64,000 nt of DNA from contig OX597837.1 in assembly GCA_951406725.2 (NCBI GenBank), positions 38,440,001-38,504,000 on the forward strand. Reading direction: 5' to 3'. Under the pieces are notes generated by a model, which was not told where the DNA came from, made no database searches, and saw only the letters and a program-made list of their open reading frames with translations. The DNA comes from Octopus vulgaris (taxonomy: Eukaryota). Of the stretch, positions 50,980-63,824 are shown piece after piece (positions within the stretch are counted from its first letter, which is position 1; every line of letters starts with the position of its first letter). The position numbers were made by a program, and so were the translations under genes.

Positions 50980-52190
50980 GAGCTTTCTTTATTACCAGCG
51001 GATTGGCAGAACCGTTAGTGTATCGGAAAAAGAAACAGAAATTGCTTCGCTGTACTCTGGTTGTTTATATTCTGAGATCAAATCCCGTCAAAGTCGGGTC
51101 GATAACAAAGTAATATTCAAGTATGATTCAAGTACGAGGTACATAAAGTAATACTCAAGTACGACTAAAATCGAAGTACGAAGGGCGGCGAGATGGCAGA
51201 AACGTTAGCACGCCGGGCGAAATGCTTAGCCGTATTTCGTCTGCCGTTACGTTCTGAGTTCAAATTCAGCTGAGGTCGACTTTGCCTTTCATCCTTTCGG
51301 TGTCGATAAATTAAGCACCAGTTACGCACTGGGGTCGTTGTAATCTACTTAATCCGTGTGTCTGGCCTTGTTTGTCCTCTCTGTGTTTAACCCCTTGTGG
51401 GTAGCAAAGAAATAGAAATAGGTATTTCGTCTATCTTTATGTTCTGAGGTCAATTTGCCTGTCATCATTTCGGGGTCGATAAAATAAGTACTGACTGAAC
51501 ACTGGGGTCGATGTAACTGACTAGCCCCTTCACCCAAAATTTCAGGCCTTGTGCATACAGGAGAAAGGATTATTATGAAGACAGCAAGCTGACAGAATCT
51601 TTAGCACGCCGAGCAAAATGCTTAGCGGTATTTTATCCCTCGTTACGTTTTGAGTTCATCCTTTCGGGGTCGATAAAGTAAGTCTCACCTGAGGAATGGG
51701 GTCGATGTAATCGACTTACTCACTCTCCCTAAAATTGCTGGCCTTGTGCCAAAAGTGGCAGCTAATATTCAAGTATTATAATCGAGGGTATCGACAAACA
51801 CTACTTTACTTCAGAACTGCTGACGTTGTACCCATATTCGTAACTACTAAATGCAGCGAGCTGTAAACATTGCTAGAGAGTTGGGAAAAAAATAAGCTTT
51901 GCGAGATTGTTTCGGGATGTTTAGGTGCTGAGTTCAAACCCCACTGAAGTCAATGTAGCCTTTGTATTTGTTTCATGTCACCCTTCCGGTATCAATGAAA
52001 TATAATACTAGAAATAAAATACACGATTGCAACAACACGTATTCCATCCACACTAGCCCTGTGCTTGAAACAAAAGCAGTTATTAGAGTTGACGATCGAC
52101 AAAATCTTTTCAGAGCCTTTGCTGTATTTATTTTGGCATCTTTGCATTCAAAGTTCAAATCCCCTTTGCGGTCAACGCTGAGCACCACGT
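50980..52190 (+). mobile_element. Head-to-tail cluster of about 6 SINE family A copies of different ages (best copy 51183-51420)
   Basis: Recurrent GCAGAA.CGTTAG, GAGTTCAAA and GGGGTCGAT motifs, all on the + strand. Confidence 0.8.
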
Positions 52191-52261
52191 GACAGTCTGA
52201 TGTTATTTTAATATAATCTTGTTTTAAGTGTACATATTAAGCTTTAGATTTATCTTTTAAA

Positions 52262-52610
52262 TTCTATCATTTATCTTTTACTCGATTCAGTGATTAGGCC
52301 ACGGCCATGCTAGGGCACAGCCTTGAAGAATTTTTTTGTCGAATGGATCTAAATACGTGGACGTAAATACACCAACACCGGGTGTCAAGCGGTAGTAGGA
52401 GACAAACACAGACACAGAGCCACACAGACATTGATATCCATATATATACGACAAGCTTTTTTCAGTTTCCGTCTACCAAATCCTCTCACAAGGCTTTAGC
52501 CGGCCCGGAGCTATCGTAGAAGACACTTATCCAAGGTGCCACGCAGTGGGACTGAACCCGGAATCATGTGGTTGCGGAGCAAACTTCTTACCACACGGCC
52601 ACTCCTGCGC
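52262..52610 (-). mobile_element. SINE family B
   Basis: GGCCATGCTAGGGCAC...TTTCAGTTTCCGTCTACCAAATC...GGGACTGAACCCGGA...GCCACTCCTGCGC. Confidence 0.85.
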
Positions 52611-52783
52611 ATACTGATTTAATTTCAGTCAGCCAACGCGTTTTTTTTTATATATTTATTGTTCTTTGTGATGGGACGAATATTGTGACTTAGCTCAAAA
52701 TATGTGTTCTACACTGATGAGAATAAATCAGATCGAAATACCGGCGTCAGCCGATCTGAAAAAGAGCAAGCGTTATGTTTCCC

Positions 52784-52868
<85 letters not shown>

Positions 52869-52943
52869 ACTATCTAGCTAGCTAGCCAGCTATCTATCTG
52901 TCTGTCTATCTGTCTACCTATCTATCAATCTAACCATCTATCC

Positions 52944-53014
<71 letters not shown>

Positions 53015-53058
53015 AGTATATGTATCTATCTATCTTTCTATTCATCTCTCATCTATCT

Positions 53059-53090
<32 letters not shown>

Positions 53091-53099
53091 AAAAAAAAA

Positions 53100-53422
53100 G
53101 AAATATAAAATGTGACATCATTGACCGAGGTTACCGTGGTCTTTTCCGTAGGCTTTTCTTTGCACGGGTAAACTCTCACCTGTCCTCCCCTTTACACTTC
53201 ATATTGACATTTCTGTGATAACGATCCCTATTGATCAATTTTTTCCTCCCCCTTTTTTTAAACCCCCCTTTTTTTGTCCTCTTTCTCTCCTTTTACGATC
53301 CCTTTTGATCGAAACTCCCCCTTCTTTTTTTTTTTTTTTTTTTTCTTAAACCTTCAAAAGAAAAGCTCTACCTTGTAATTTGTTCTATCTGTGTGCAGCC
53401 CTGTGTGGCTAATAAAGAAACA
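53100..53422 (+). mobile_element. Pyrimidine-rich LINE-like 3'UTR with AATAAA, inserted in (TATC)n
   Basis: Ends GTGGCTAATAAAGAAACA|TATCTATC with (TATC)n on both sides. Tx1/L1 assignment is inference. Confidence 0.5.
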
Positions 53423-53480
<58 letters not shown>

Positions 53481-53689
53481 CTGATCTATCCGTCAATCAC
53501 CTAACCCCTACCGACCTCTCTGTATCTACTCTTGCACAGATTCAAGCCCCCGCCTCCACACACACACACACACACACACATTCCCAACTGCCTTCACCTC
53601 CGATTCTTTGTATAGATGGAATAGTGTGGTGCTGCATTGCTGGTGGGGCGGTGGATGGGTGTAGAGTATTCAGTGTGCAGCGATGAAGA

Positions 53690-53876
53690 TGGCGTTCGTA
53701 GTGATGGTGGTGGTGGTCGTGGTGGTGGTGGTGGTGGATGTGGTGGTGGATGTGGTGGTGGATGGAGGTCGTCATCATCATCATCATCGTGTAGGGCATT
53801 GTAAGAGTTCTACTTGTGGGTTATGTTGATGATGGTGGTGGCGGTGAAAAAGATGACGAAGACGATGACGATAATA

Positions 53877-53926
<50 letters not shown>

Positions 53927-54035
53927 GGTGATGGCTATGATGATGTTGAGGAGGAAGAGAGGAGAAGAAAGTGGATCATGCTGATGGCGGTTTTGGTGGT
54001 GATCAAATATGACAACGACTATGGCAATGATGAAA

Positions 54036-54081
<46 letters not shown>

Positions 54082-54286
54082 CGATGATGATGATGATGAT
54101 GAGGAGGAGGAGGAGGAGGAGGAGATAGATAGTTGTGGTAGTGGTGGTGGTGGTGTTTGTAAGTGTTGCAGGGTAGTTTAGTAGTTATGATAGTGAGGGC
54201 GATTAGTAATAAGAGGGACTGTGGGGGTTGTGGAGATGCAAATATCAGTGGTGGCGGTCGTGGTCGTGGTGAAGTGTATTACAGTC

Positions 54287-54319
<33 letters not shown>

Positions 54320-55335
54320 CAGTCGTAGTAGTAGTAGTAGTAGTAATAGCTTTTGTAGCAGTAGGAGCAGTAGTAGTACTACTAATGATAGTAATAGTAA
54401 TGGTAGTGGCGGCGGCGGCGACGGTGATAGTGTGTCAGAGTGGTAGTGGTGGTGGTGGTGGTGGTGGTGGTGGTGGTAGCGGTGGTGTGATGCAGTGGTA
54501 ATGGGAGAAATCGAGAGAGAGAAAAAAAATTGATATAAAAAAATAAACAAATAATCTTTTTTTAGTGATCACATAAAAAAAAAACATCGATCTAAACAGC
54601 TTGAAAAAACAGTCAATGACGTCACATATTTCTTAGGGTGTTTAGAGAGATTGCTGGATCTATAGGTGGTAGTGGCAGCGGCGGCGGCGGTAGTGGTGGT
54701 GGTGGTGGTTGTGGGGGGCGGGGATGGATGTGATGGTGGTGCTGATGGTGGTGGTGGTGTGTGATGGTAGTGTTGTGGTGGTGTTGGTTGAGGTGGTGCT
54801 GGAGACGCTAATGATCTTGGTGCTGGTGGAAGTAGTGGTGGTGGTTGTTGGGTGTTATGTTAGTGGTGTTGGTGTTGGTGGTGGTGGTGATGGAGGTGGA
54901 GATTTAGGTGTCGGTGTTGGCTTTGATAGTGGTGGTAGTGATTTGGGTATTGGTGTTGCTTATGGTAGTGGTGGTGGTGTTGGAGGTTGTGATGGTGGTC
55001 GTCGTGGTAGCGGTGTTGGTAGTGTTGTTGTTGTTATTGTTGTTGGTGGTGGTGGAGGTGGTGGTGGTGGTTTTGGTGATACTGCCAATGATGGTGGTAT
55101 TCATGATGGTGAGGTTACGGATTGCAATGAAGCTGGTAGCGGCATTCACAGTGACGATGGTGATATCAAAGATGATGACAATCATGATAATAATGATGGA
55201 AATAATGGTGCGTCTTGATGATGATGATGCTGATGCTGATGATGACTATGATGATGATGATGATGGTGATGGTGATGGTGATGGTTATGGTGATGGTTAT
55301 GGTGATGATGGTGACGTGAGTGTTGCTGATGTTGG
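53690..55335. repeat. (GGT)/(GAT)/(AGT)n low-complexity field
   Basis: Degenerate trinucleotide arrays. Confidence 0.9.
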
Positions 55336-55746
55336 TGATGCCGAAAGAGCGGAGAGGTGTTGCGAGAGAGCTTGTGCTGCCGTTAAATACAATATACTAT
55401 TGAAGATATAACTGGAAGGAAAATATATCTAATATCATACAACACTGTAAAGTGTACCATATATATATATATATATACGTATGCATGTATGTATGTATGT
55501 ATGTATGTAGACACACACACGCATACATATGTATGTGTCTATGTATGCATTTACATATATATATATATATGCATATATATATATATACATACATACATAT
55601 GTATATATATACATACACTTATCTATGTATGTGTTCCATAAAAGTGAATGATTTACTCGGGCACTAGATTCCGCTTCTCACTACTTGCAATCCTTCAGGC
55701 GACACCATGTTTTGCATTACACATCCACCACAAATACATACATACA

Positions 55747-55797
<51 letters not shown>

Positions 55798-55823
55798 ACA
55801 TACAGCCATATATATATATGTAT

Positions 55824-55866
<43 letters not shown>

Positions 55867-56019
55867 TATAAATGGGTGTCAGTAACATTATATTTATATA
55901 GTAACATGTATATATACATAAATATCCATATGATGCATGGTTATATATATATATAGCTATACGCGCACACACACACATATATATATATATGTATATATAT
56001 ATGTGTGTGTATGTCTATG

Positions 56020-56144
<125 letters not shown>

Positions 56145-56350
56145 ATGTGTATATCTGAATTAAATACGTATATATATATGTATGCATAAATAACACAATA
56201 TATAAATGTGCGTATACTCTTACACAAGGCACACACCTGCCTTTTGGCAGCCACACCCTTTCTATACCCAGCTGGATAACGCCTTTCTTACATCACATGC
56301 GGATCAATAATATTCTTCTGCACACCCAGAAAAATGCATTTTAACACACT

Positions 56351-56390
<40 letters not shown>

Positions 56391-56531
56391 CACACACACA
56401 CTCACACACGTACATACACACAGAGGCACACTACCATGTTCTATTCTTTCATCGTCTCTCACACCCATACCCGCTTTCTCACACTCACACATTCACATAC
56501 ATTTTTATCAATATGTGTATGTATATATATG

Positions 56532-56566
<35 letters not shown>

Positions 56567-56589
56567 GTATATGTATATGTACATATATA

Positions 56590-56622
<33 letters not shown>

Positions 56623-56655
56623 ATGTATATATACATATATATATGTATGCATGTG

Positions 56656-56688
<33 letters not shown>

Positions 56689-56698
56689 ACATATACAA

Positions 56699-56732
<34 letters not shown>

Positions 56733-56844
56733 TTTTATGCAAATGTATATGTATATATATATATATATATATATACATTTTTATGCAAATGTATATGTAT
56801 ATATACATATATATATATATGTATGTATGTATATGTATATATAG

Positions 56845-56875
<31 letters not shown>

Positions 56876-57314
56876 CATTATTATACAAATGTATATGTAT
56901 ATATATATATAGTCACTTGCCTGTTTCCCCCCTTCATTCCTCTCTGTCTTTCTCTTTTCCTTTCTCTCTCTCTCTCTCTCACACACACACCTCTCACTCT
57001 CTCCACTTCTCTACACTCTATGTTCACTAATTCTACCTCTGTCCACACCTCACATCTCATTCCCACAACTCCTTCCTCTCAATCCGCATCCTTCCCACTT
57101 CAGCTCCATCACTAGCGACCCAACGCAGTCACGGATTTTCTCAGGTGACTGGTTCGCCCGCGGAAGGCGCCGACCCGCGTGGAGATCTCAATATGGGGCT
57201 GCGCATTTCGCATTGTTGAAAATGACACACATAGCAAACAGGTTATGCTCCATCAGCATTTATACTTACACAGGAGGTGTGTATTCATAGATAGATAGTT
57301 CTAGCTATCAATCA

Positions 57315-57382
<68 letters not shown>

Positions 57383-57397
57383 CTCTCTATCTCTCTA

Positions 57398-57471
<74 letters not shown>

Positions 57472-57533
57472 TGTATGTATATATGTGTGTATAAATACAT
57501 ATATGCATGTATATTTATTCATATGCATATATG

Positions 57534-57580
<47 letters not shown>

Positions 57581-57768
57581 ATATGTACATGCATGTATAT
57601 ATATTTATATATATGCGTCAGTGTGTGTCTATACACTTACTCATACACGGATATATGCATGACATATATATATGTGTGTTCTGTGCGTAATATATACGTA
57701 AGTGTGCATGTACATCTATGTATATATATGTATATCTTGCACTATTCCGCCACATCTGTGCGTGTGTG

Positions 57769-57825
<57 letters not shown>

Positions 57826-57829
<4 letters not shown>

Positions 57830-57987
57830 CGGGTTTCATCTAGTTTCCCTCTACCAAATCCACTCGTAAGGCTTTGGTTGATCTCAGGCTATAGTAGAAG
57901 ACACATGTCCAAGGTGCCATACAGTGGGACTGAAACCAGAACCATGTGGCTGGTAAGCAAGCTTCTTACCACACAGCAATGCCTGCA
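57826..57987 (-). mobile_element. SINE family B, 5' half
   Basis: CTACCAAATCCACTCGTAAGGCTTTGG...CAAGGTGCCATACAGTGGGACTGAAACC. Confidence 0.8.
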
Positions 57988-58204
57988 ACTATGATGTGAA
58001 GACGCTTGGCTTAGTAGTTTGGGTGTAGCACTTTCGATCGCCAGATTTGGGGTTCGATACCCGGACCGTGCAGAACACTTTGGCATATCACGCCCGGCAC
58101 TCTTGTTCAGCTGTACAGGTAATGTCGATTTGATGGCGTGGAGGGAATGATCCAGTTTTCAGCAAAAACTGAACATTTATAAGTTGTCTGCTACAGGAGA
58201 CTCA

Positions 58205-58284
<80 letters not shown>

Positions 58285-58436
58285 ACATTAAGAAAATAAT
58301 ATTGAGAGTGACTTCGAATTTTCGGCCCTGCTATGCCATCATAACTCCTACCAAATCCTCGATTTCACCGTCAATATTGAATTATGTAAAATTGTTTTTA
58401 TTGTAGTTTCACGTAAAAACAAACATTGATATATTA

Positions 58437-58467
<31 letters not shown>

Positions 58468-58553
58468 TCCGTCTTTTTAGTATGTGACCTCGTGAATACT
58501 ACCTGCAATTTTTTTCCTCTGTCCTCCCGTCTCGGGATCTTTCTTTCTCCTAT

Positions 58554-58588
58554 GTTTCCGACGAAGAGCTCCGCTCGAAACGTCAAAC
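58554..58588 (+). ncRNA. Minimal hammerhead motif (CCGACGA core) in a Penelope-like piece at 58468-58690
   Basis: GTTT-CCGACGA-A-GAGC(TCC)GCTC-GAAAC-GTC|AAAC; stems I and II intact, stem III is the palindrome ACGT. Confidence 0.7.
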
Positions 58589-58687
58589 CCTCCTTCTTCC
58601 CTTCTTTCCTGAGCGTCCAATAATACTTTAATTGTTCCACATCTTTGCGTTGTTGTCTTTTTGTTTTCTTGTTTGGATTAACTTTAT

Positions 58688-58726
<39 letters not shown>

Positions 58727-58727
58727 G

Positions 58728-58960
58728 ATTGGAAGAAATGAGGTACTCAGAAATCTGGATGGTTTTATATTTACAGATATTTATTAATATGTCACATGTT
58801 TTCATAAATCATATATTAGCGCTTGCGTCCACTCTAGTGGAGTCGTCAGACTCCACTACAGTGACTCTACCAGAGTGGACGCAAGCGCTAATATATGATT
58901 TATGAAAACATGTGACATATTAATAAATATCTGTAAAACCATTCAGATTTCTTCTAATAT
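58728..58960. repeat. Inverted repeat with nested second fold-back; hammerhead core at the apex (minus, 58810-58849)
   Basis: Arms 58770-58844 / 58863-58937. Minus strand reads CTGACGA-CTCCAC(TAGA)GTGGAC-GCAA-GCGC-TA|ATATATG. Confidence 0.85.
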
Positions 58961-59127
58961 ATAATATCTGTACATCATCTCCAAACGTTCTAATATATAT
59001 ATACACATACATACATACATACATACATACATACATACATACATACATACATACCTACATACATACCTACATACATACCTACATACATACCTACATACAT
59101 ACGTACGTACGTACATACATACATACA

Positions 59128-59159
<32 letters not shown>

Positions 59160-59615
59160 AATATATGTACATATGTATATATGTATATATATATATGTGT
59201 GCGTATATATATATATATGAAGAAAGAGAAAATAGAGATTGAGTAATTAATAATTGTTTATTGTTAACAGCAAATTAATTATCTTCCCTTATAGCTGTTT
59301 CAATGAATAGTTAGTAAATATTATATAAATATTAAATTTATATTTATATGAGCTGAGCAAAATATCTTCAGAGGGAAAAAATATATACCTTTGGATGTTT
59401 TATAAGTGTTTATGGATCCATATTAAACCAGAGTTTCCTTGGATTGAGCTATGCCTTCTTGAGGTTAACGTAAACTCTAATCGACGCATATATGTGTAAG
59501 TATGTGTATATGTATGTATATATTTCAGTAATTGCACCATTTTATTGTAAGTTATCGATTTCACAAGGATTTTGTTTTCAATCGGAATCTATGGTGACCT
59601 AACTATATATATATA

Positions 59616-59970
59616 CTAGCAGTATCGCCCGGCGTTGCTCGGGTTTGTAAGGGAAATAACTATAAAGCATTTTTAGGGAGTTATAGCCAAAAAATGGAAA
59701 AAAAATTTATGATAAATTTTTTTTTAGTTAAAAAGGTCGAGTTGCGTCCCCTAGACAGTCTGTGGTTTGTGTTTCTGATTCTCGACCCCATGTCGAATTT
59801 ATCGATTTTTTCAGAACTGGGGGAAACTTTTCAAAATTTTCGCTGCGTTAGTTTTGAATTATGACATTTGGCTATGTGTGTGTCAAGTTTCATCAGAATC
59901 GGTTGAAAGCCGTGGTCAGGGTGAGGGTACAACCAAACAGACACACAGACACACACACAGACAAACTGCC

Positions 59971-59980
<10 letters not shown>
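59616..59980 (-). mobile_element. Non-autonomous Helitron
   Basis: Minus 3' end AAACCCGAGCAACGCCGGGCGATACTGCTAG|T, the same terminator hairpin as 19095-19124. Confidence 0.8.
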
Positions 59981-60037
<57 letters not shown>

Positions 60038-60039
60038 TA

Positions 60040-60256
60040 TTACTCTTTACTCTTTTACTTCTTTTAGTCATTTGAATGGTGGTCATGCTAGAGCACCGCC
60101 TTTAGTCGAGCAAATGGACCCTAGGACTTATTCTTTGTAAGCCTAGTACTTATTCTCTCAGTATCTTTTGCCGAATCGTCAAGTTACTAGGACGTAAGCA
60201 CACCAGCATCGGTGGTCAAGCGCGTGACAAACACAGACAAACATACACACGCGCGT

Positions 60257-60309
<53 letters not shown>

Positions 60310-60597
60310 CGGCTTCTTTCGGTTACCGTCTACCAAATCAACTCACAAGGCTTTTGTCGGCCCATTTACAGCTGAGTGGACTGGAGCAATCTTTTCTACT
60401 ATAGGCACAAGGCCCGAGTGGGGAGGGGGCCAGTCGATTAGATCGACCCCAGTACGCAACTGTTGCTTAATTTATCGTCCCGGAGAGGATGAAAGGCAAA
60501 GTCGACCTCGGCGGAATTTGAACTCAGAATGTAAAGACAGACGAAACAGCGCTAAGCATTTCGCCCGGCGTGCTCACGATTCTGCCAGCTCGCCGCC
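60040..60597 (-). mobile_element. SINE family B body (60040-60362) followed by SINE family A (60390-60597)
   Basis: GGTCATGCTAGAGCACCGCC...CCGTCTACCAAATC; GGATGAAAGGCAAAGTCGACCTCGGCGGAATTTGAACTCAG...GCCAGCTCGCCGCC. Confidence 0.85.
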
Positions 60598-60728
60598 TGA
60601 AGTGGTTTACTCGAAGAAAACAAAGCATTGCCCGATTCAGGGACCGAAACACCGATCTAGCGATCGTGAGTGTGACACCTCTGACCACGAGGCAACACGT
60701 CTTCACACACACACATACACATGCACAC

Positions 60729-60791
<63 letters not shown>

Positions 60792-60866
60792 CCTTCATAT
60801 ACACGTATGTATTCATTAGAATATATGTATTTTCTTACATGCATACATATATATATATATATACCC

Positions 60867-60920
<54 letters not shown>

Positions 60921-61307
60921 ATATGTATATATATATGTGTGTGTATACATACATACATATATATACGCACACACACACATATATGTATAGTACAAATAGA
61001 GAGATGAAAAGATTCCATTTACTTTTTAGTACCATTTTACCAAGACCAATATTCTAAAAGCACCACCCACCGAAAATATGTGTCAGGTGACTTATATTGC
61101 ATGCTGGGAATATTTTTCAATCATTTTGTAATTTCAAGAACAGGAAAAAATAATCTTTTAAAATCCTTTCGTGTTTTGTAAATGTTAATTAGGGAATTGC
61201 ATCATCACACAAGTATATACAAATGCGTATATACAAATACATACATATACAGACACACACACGGACACGCACACGCAAGCATGCACACGTGTATGCACGT
61301 AAATATG

Positions 61308-61381
<74 letters not shown>

Positions 61382-61821
61382 AATATATATATATGCATAT
61401 ATATATTTTCGCATATATACATAAAATATAAATATACATGCACATGTGTGTGCATACATATGTGTATACATTTATATAAATAAATATATATATATATATG
61501 TACAAATATACACGCATACATACATAGATGCATCCGTACATGTATATATGCGCACATATGCGTCTCACGCACACACACACACACTTACACACACATATGC
61601 ATACAACTACAATCATTTGGTCATGGAATCATGTACAGAAGAAACATATACACACGCACACGTATAAATGCATATACATATATACATACAACACACGCTT
61701 ATATATAAATGCATATACATATTCATGTGTATATACAATGTGCATTCATTAAGTTTTGAGATATTTTCAGCCGAGACATTTCTTAATTTCAAAGAAGTAC
61801 TGAACTCTAGTCTCCTTCAGA

Positions 61822-62605
61822 AAAAGATCCTTTGAGTCCAATGCACATATTCTTCTTTGCGCTCCAGCCACTTCGTGAAGGCCCCTAAAAGATCCTTTGA
61901 GTTCAATGCACATATGTTTCTTTGCGCTCCAGCCACTACGTGAAGGCCCCTAAAAGATCCTTTGAGTTCAATGCACATATGTTTCTTTGCGCTCCAGCCA
62001 CTTCGTGAAGGCCCCTAAAAGATCCTTTGAGTTCAATGCACATATGTTTCTTTGCGCTCCAGCCACTACGTGAAGGCCCCTAAAAGATCCTTTGAGTTCA
62101 ATGCACATATGTTTCTTTGCGCTCCAGCCACTACGTGAAGGCCCCTAAAAGATCCTTTGAGTTCAATGCACATATGTTTCTTTGCGCTCCAGCCACTACG
62201 TGAAGGCCCCTAAAAGATCCTTTGAGTTCAATGCACATATGTTTCTTTGCGCTCCAGCCACTTCGTGAAGGCCCCTAAAAGATCCTTTGAGTTCAATGCA
62301 CATATGTTTCTTTGCGCTCCAGCCACTACGTGAAGGCCCCTAAAAGATCCTTTGAGTTCAATGCACATATGTTTCTTTGCGCTCCAGCCACTACGTGAAG
62401 GCCCCTAAAAGATCCTTTGAGTTCAATGCACATATGTTTCTTTGCGCTCCAGCCACTACGTGAAGGCCCCTAAAAGATCCTTTGAGTTCAATGCACGTAT
62501 ATTTCTTTGCGCTGCAGCCACTTTGTGAAGGCCCCTAAGAGATCCTTTGAGTCCAATGCACATATGTTTCTTTGCGCTCCAGCCACTTCGTGAAGGCCCC
62601 TAAAA
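61822..62605. repeat. 65-bp tandem satellite, 12 units, derived from a mariner transposase 3' end
   Basis: Unit AAAAGATCCTTTGAGTTCAATGCACATATGTTTCTTTGCGCTCCAGCCACT(A/T)CGTGAAGGCCCCT; GATCC recurs at 61826, 61891, ... 62541. Confidence 0.95.
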
Positions 62606-62772
62606 CTTCTCTTGGAAGGGGAAATCCTGTCTGGTTCCAGCTGGAGGGGGCTCCACCCTATGAAGCATTACAGAAAGATCATTGTTACGAATAAGGATTC
62701 TCGTGGGATCTATTTTCCGTTTCCCTCATCTATTATACATCTTTGTAAGCCCGGTATATATACATATATATG

Positions 62773-62810
<38 letters not shown>

Positions 62811-62811
62811 A

Positions 62812-63041
62812 CTCTTTACTCTCTCTTTTACTCTTTTACTTGTTTCAGTCATTTGACTGCGGCCATGCTGGAGCACCGCCTTTAATCAAGCAACTCGACC
62901 CCAGGAGTTATTCTTTTGTAAGCCCAGTACTTATTCTATCGGTCTCTTTTGCCGAACCGCTAAGTAACGGGGACATGAACACACCAGCATCGGTTGTCAA
63001 GCAATGCTAGGGGGACAAACACAGACACACAAACACACACA

Positions 63042-63091
<50 letters not shown>

Positions 63092-63256
63092 TACGACGGG
63101 CTTTTTTCAGTTTCCGTCTACCAAATCCACTCACAAGGCTTTGGTCGGGCCGGGGCTATAGCAGAAGACACTTGCCCAAGGTGCCACGCAGGGGGACTGA
63201 ACCCGGAACCATGTGGTTGGTAAACAAGCTACTTATCACACAGCCACTCCTGCGCC
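62812..63256 (-). mobile_element. SINE family B, full length and young
   Basis: Minus strand GGCGCAGGAGTGGCTGTG..CCGGGTTCAGTCCC..GGCACCTTGGGCAAGTGTC..(TA)n..GGCGGTGCTCCAGCATGGCCGCAGTCAAATGACTGAAACAAGTAAAAGAG. Confidence 0.92.
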
Positions 63257-63315
63257 TGTATGAGTATAATATATATATATATATATACTTTATTTTAAGC
63301 AGCAGAAAATTCAAC

Positions 63316-63362
63316 AAAATCTGTTACTCTGAGTTTCTCGTTGCCGTTCATCAGACAGTTTT
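63316..63362 (-). ncRNA. Minimal type I hammerhead ribozyme motif, canonical core
   Basis: AAAACTGT-CTGATGA-ACG(GCAA)CGA-GAAA-CTCAGAG-TA|ACAGATTTT. Confidence 0.8.
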
Positions 63363-63680
63363 TGCTAGAATGGAACATATATATTAATTCAATCTAGACT
63401 CTTACAAACGCTACACCTTTAAAAAGAAATGGACTTGTTTGATTGGCCCTTTAGATAAAACGGTCAATCTTCGAGCGATAAACAAAAAGGTCAAAAATAT
63501 ATATATATATATATATAAAAAAAAAAAAATACATATATACATATATTTTTTACCTTTATGTTTATCGCTCGAAGATTGACCGTTTTTTCTAATGGGCCAA
63601 TCAAACAAGTCCATTTCTTTTTAAAGGTGAAGCGTTTGTAAGAGTATAGATAGAATTAACCTATATGTTCCATTCTAGCA

Positions 63681-63727
63681 AAAACTGTCTGAAGAACGGC
63701 AACGAGAAACTCAGAGTAACAGATTTT
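63681..63727 (+). ncRNA. Minimal type I hammerhead ribozyme motif, canonical core
   Basis: AAAACTGT-CTGAAGA-ACG(GCAA)CGA-GAAA-CTCAGAG-TA|ACAGATTTT; predicted cleavage after 63718. Confidence 0.8.
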
Positions 63728-63824
63728 GTTGAATTTTCTGCTGCATAAAATAAAGCATATTACTCTACCACTGGTATTTGAGTACTCTTTTTTCCACCTT
63801 GTTTCACATTTATGTGTTTACTCC

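Noticed and set aside
54617-54624. Isolated CRE palindrome TGACGTCA (another at about 43833)
   Set aside because: A single 8-mer is expected by chance in 64 kb, and there is no supporting cluster.
54709-55218. Gly/Val/Asp-rich 169-aa ORF resembling a structural protein
   Set aside because: Degenerate (GGT)/(GAT)n tract open in several frames, with no signal peptide or splice context.
61822-62605. CRISPR-like regular array
   Set aside because: The units are contiguous 65-mers with no unique spacers, there are no cas genes, and the context is eukaryotic.
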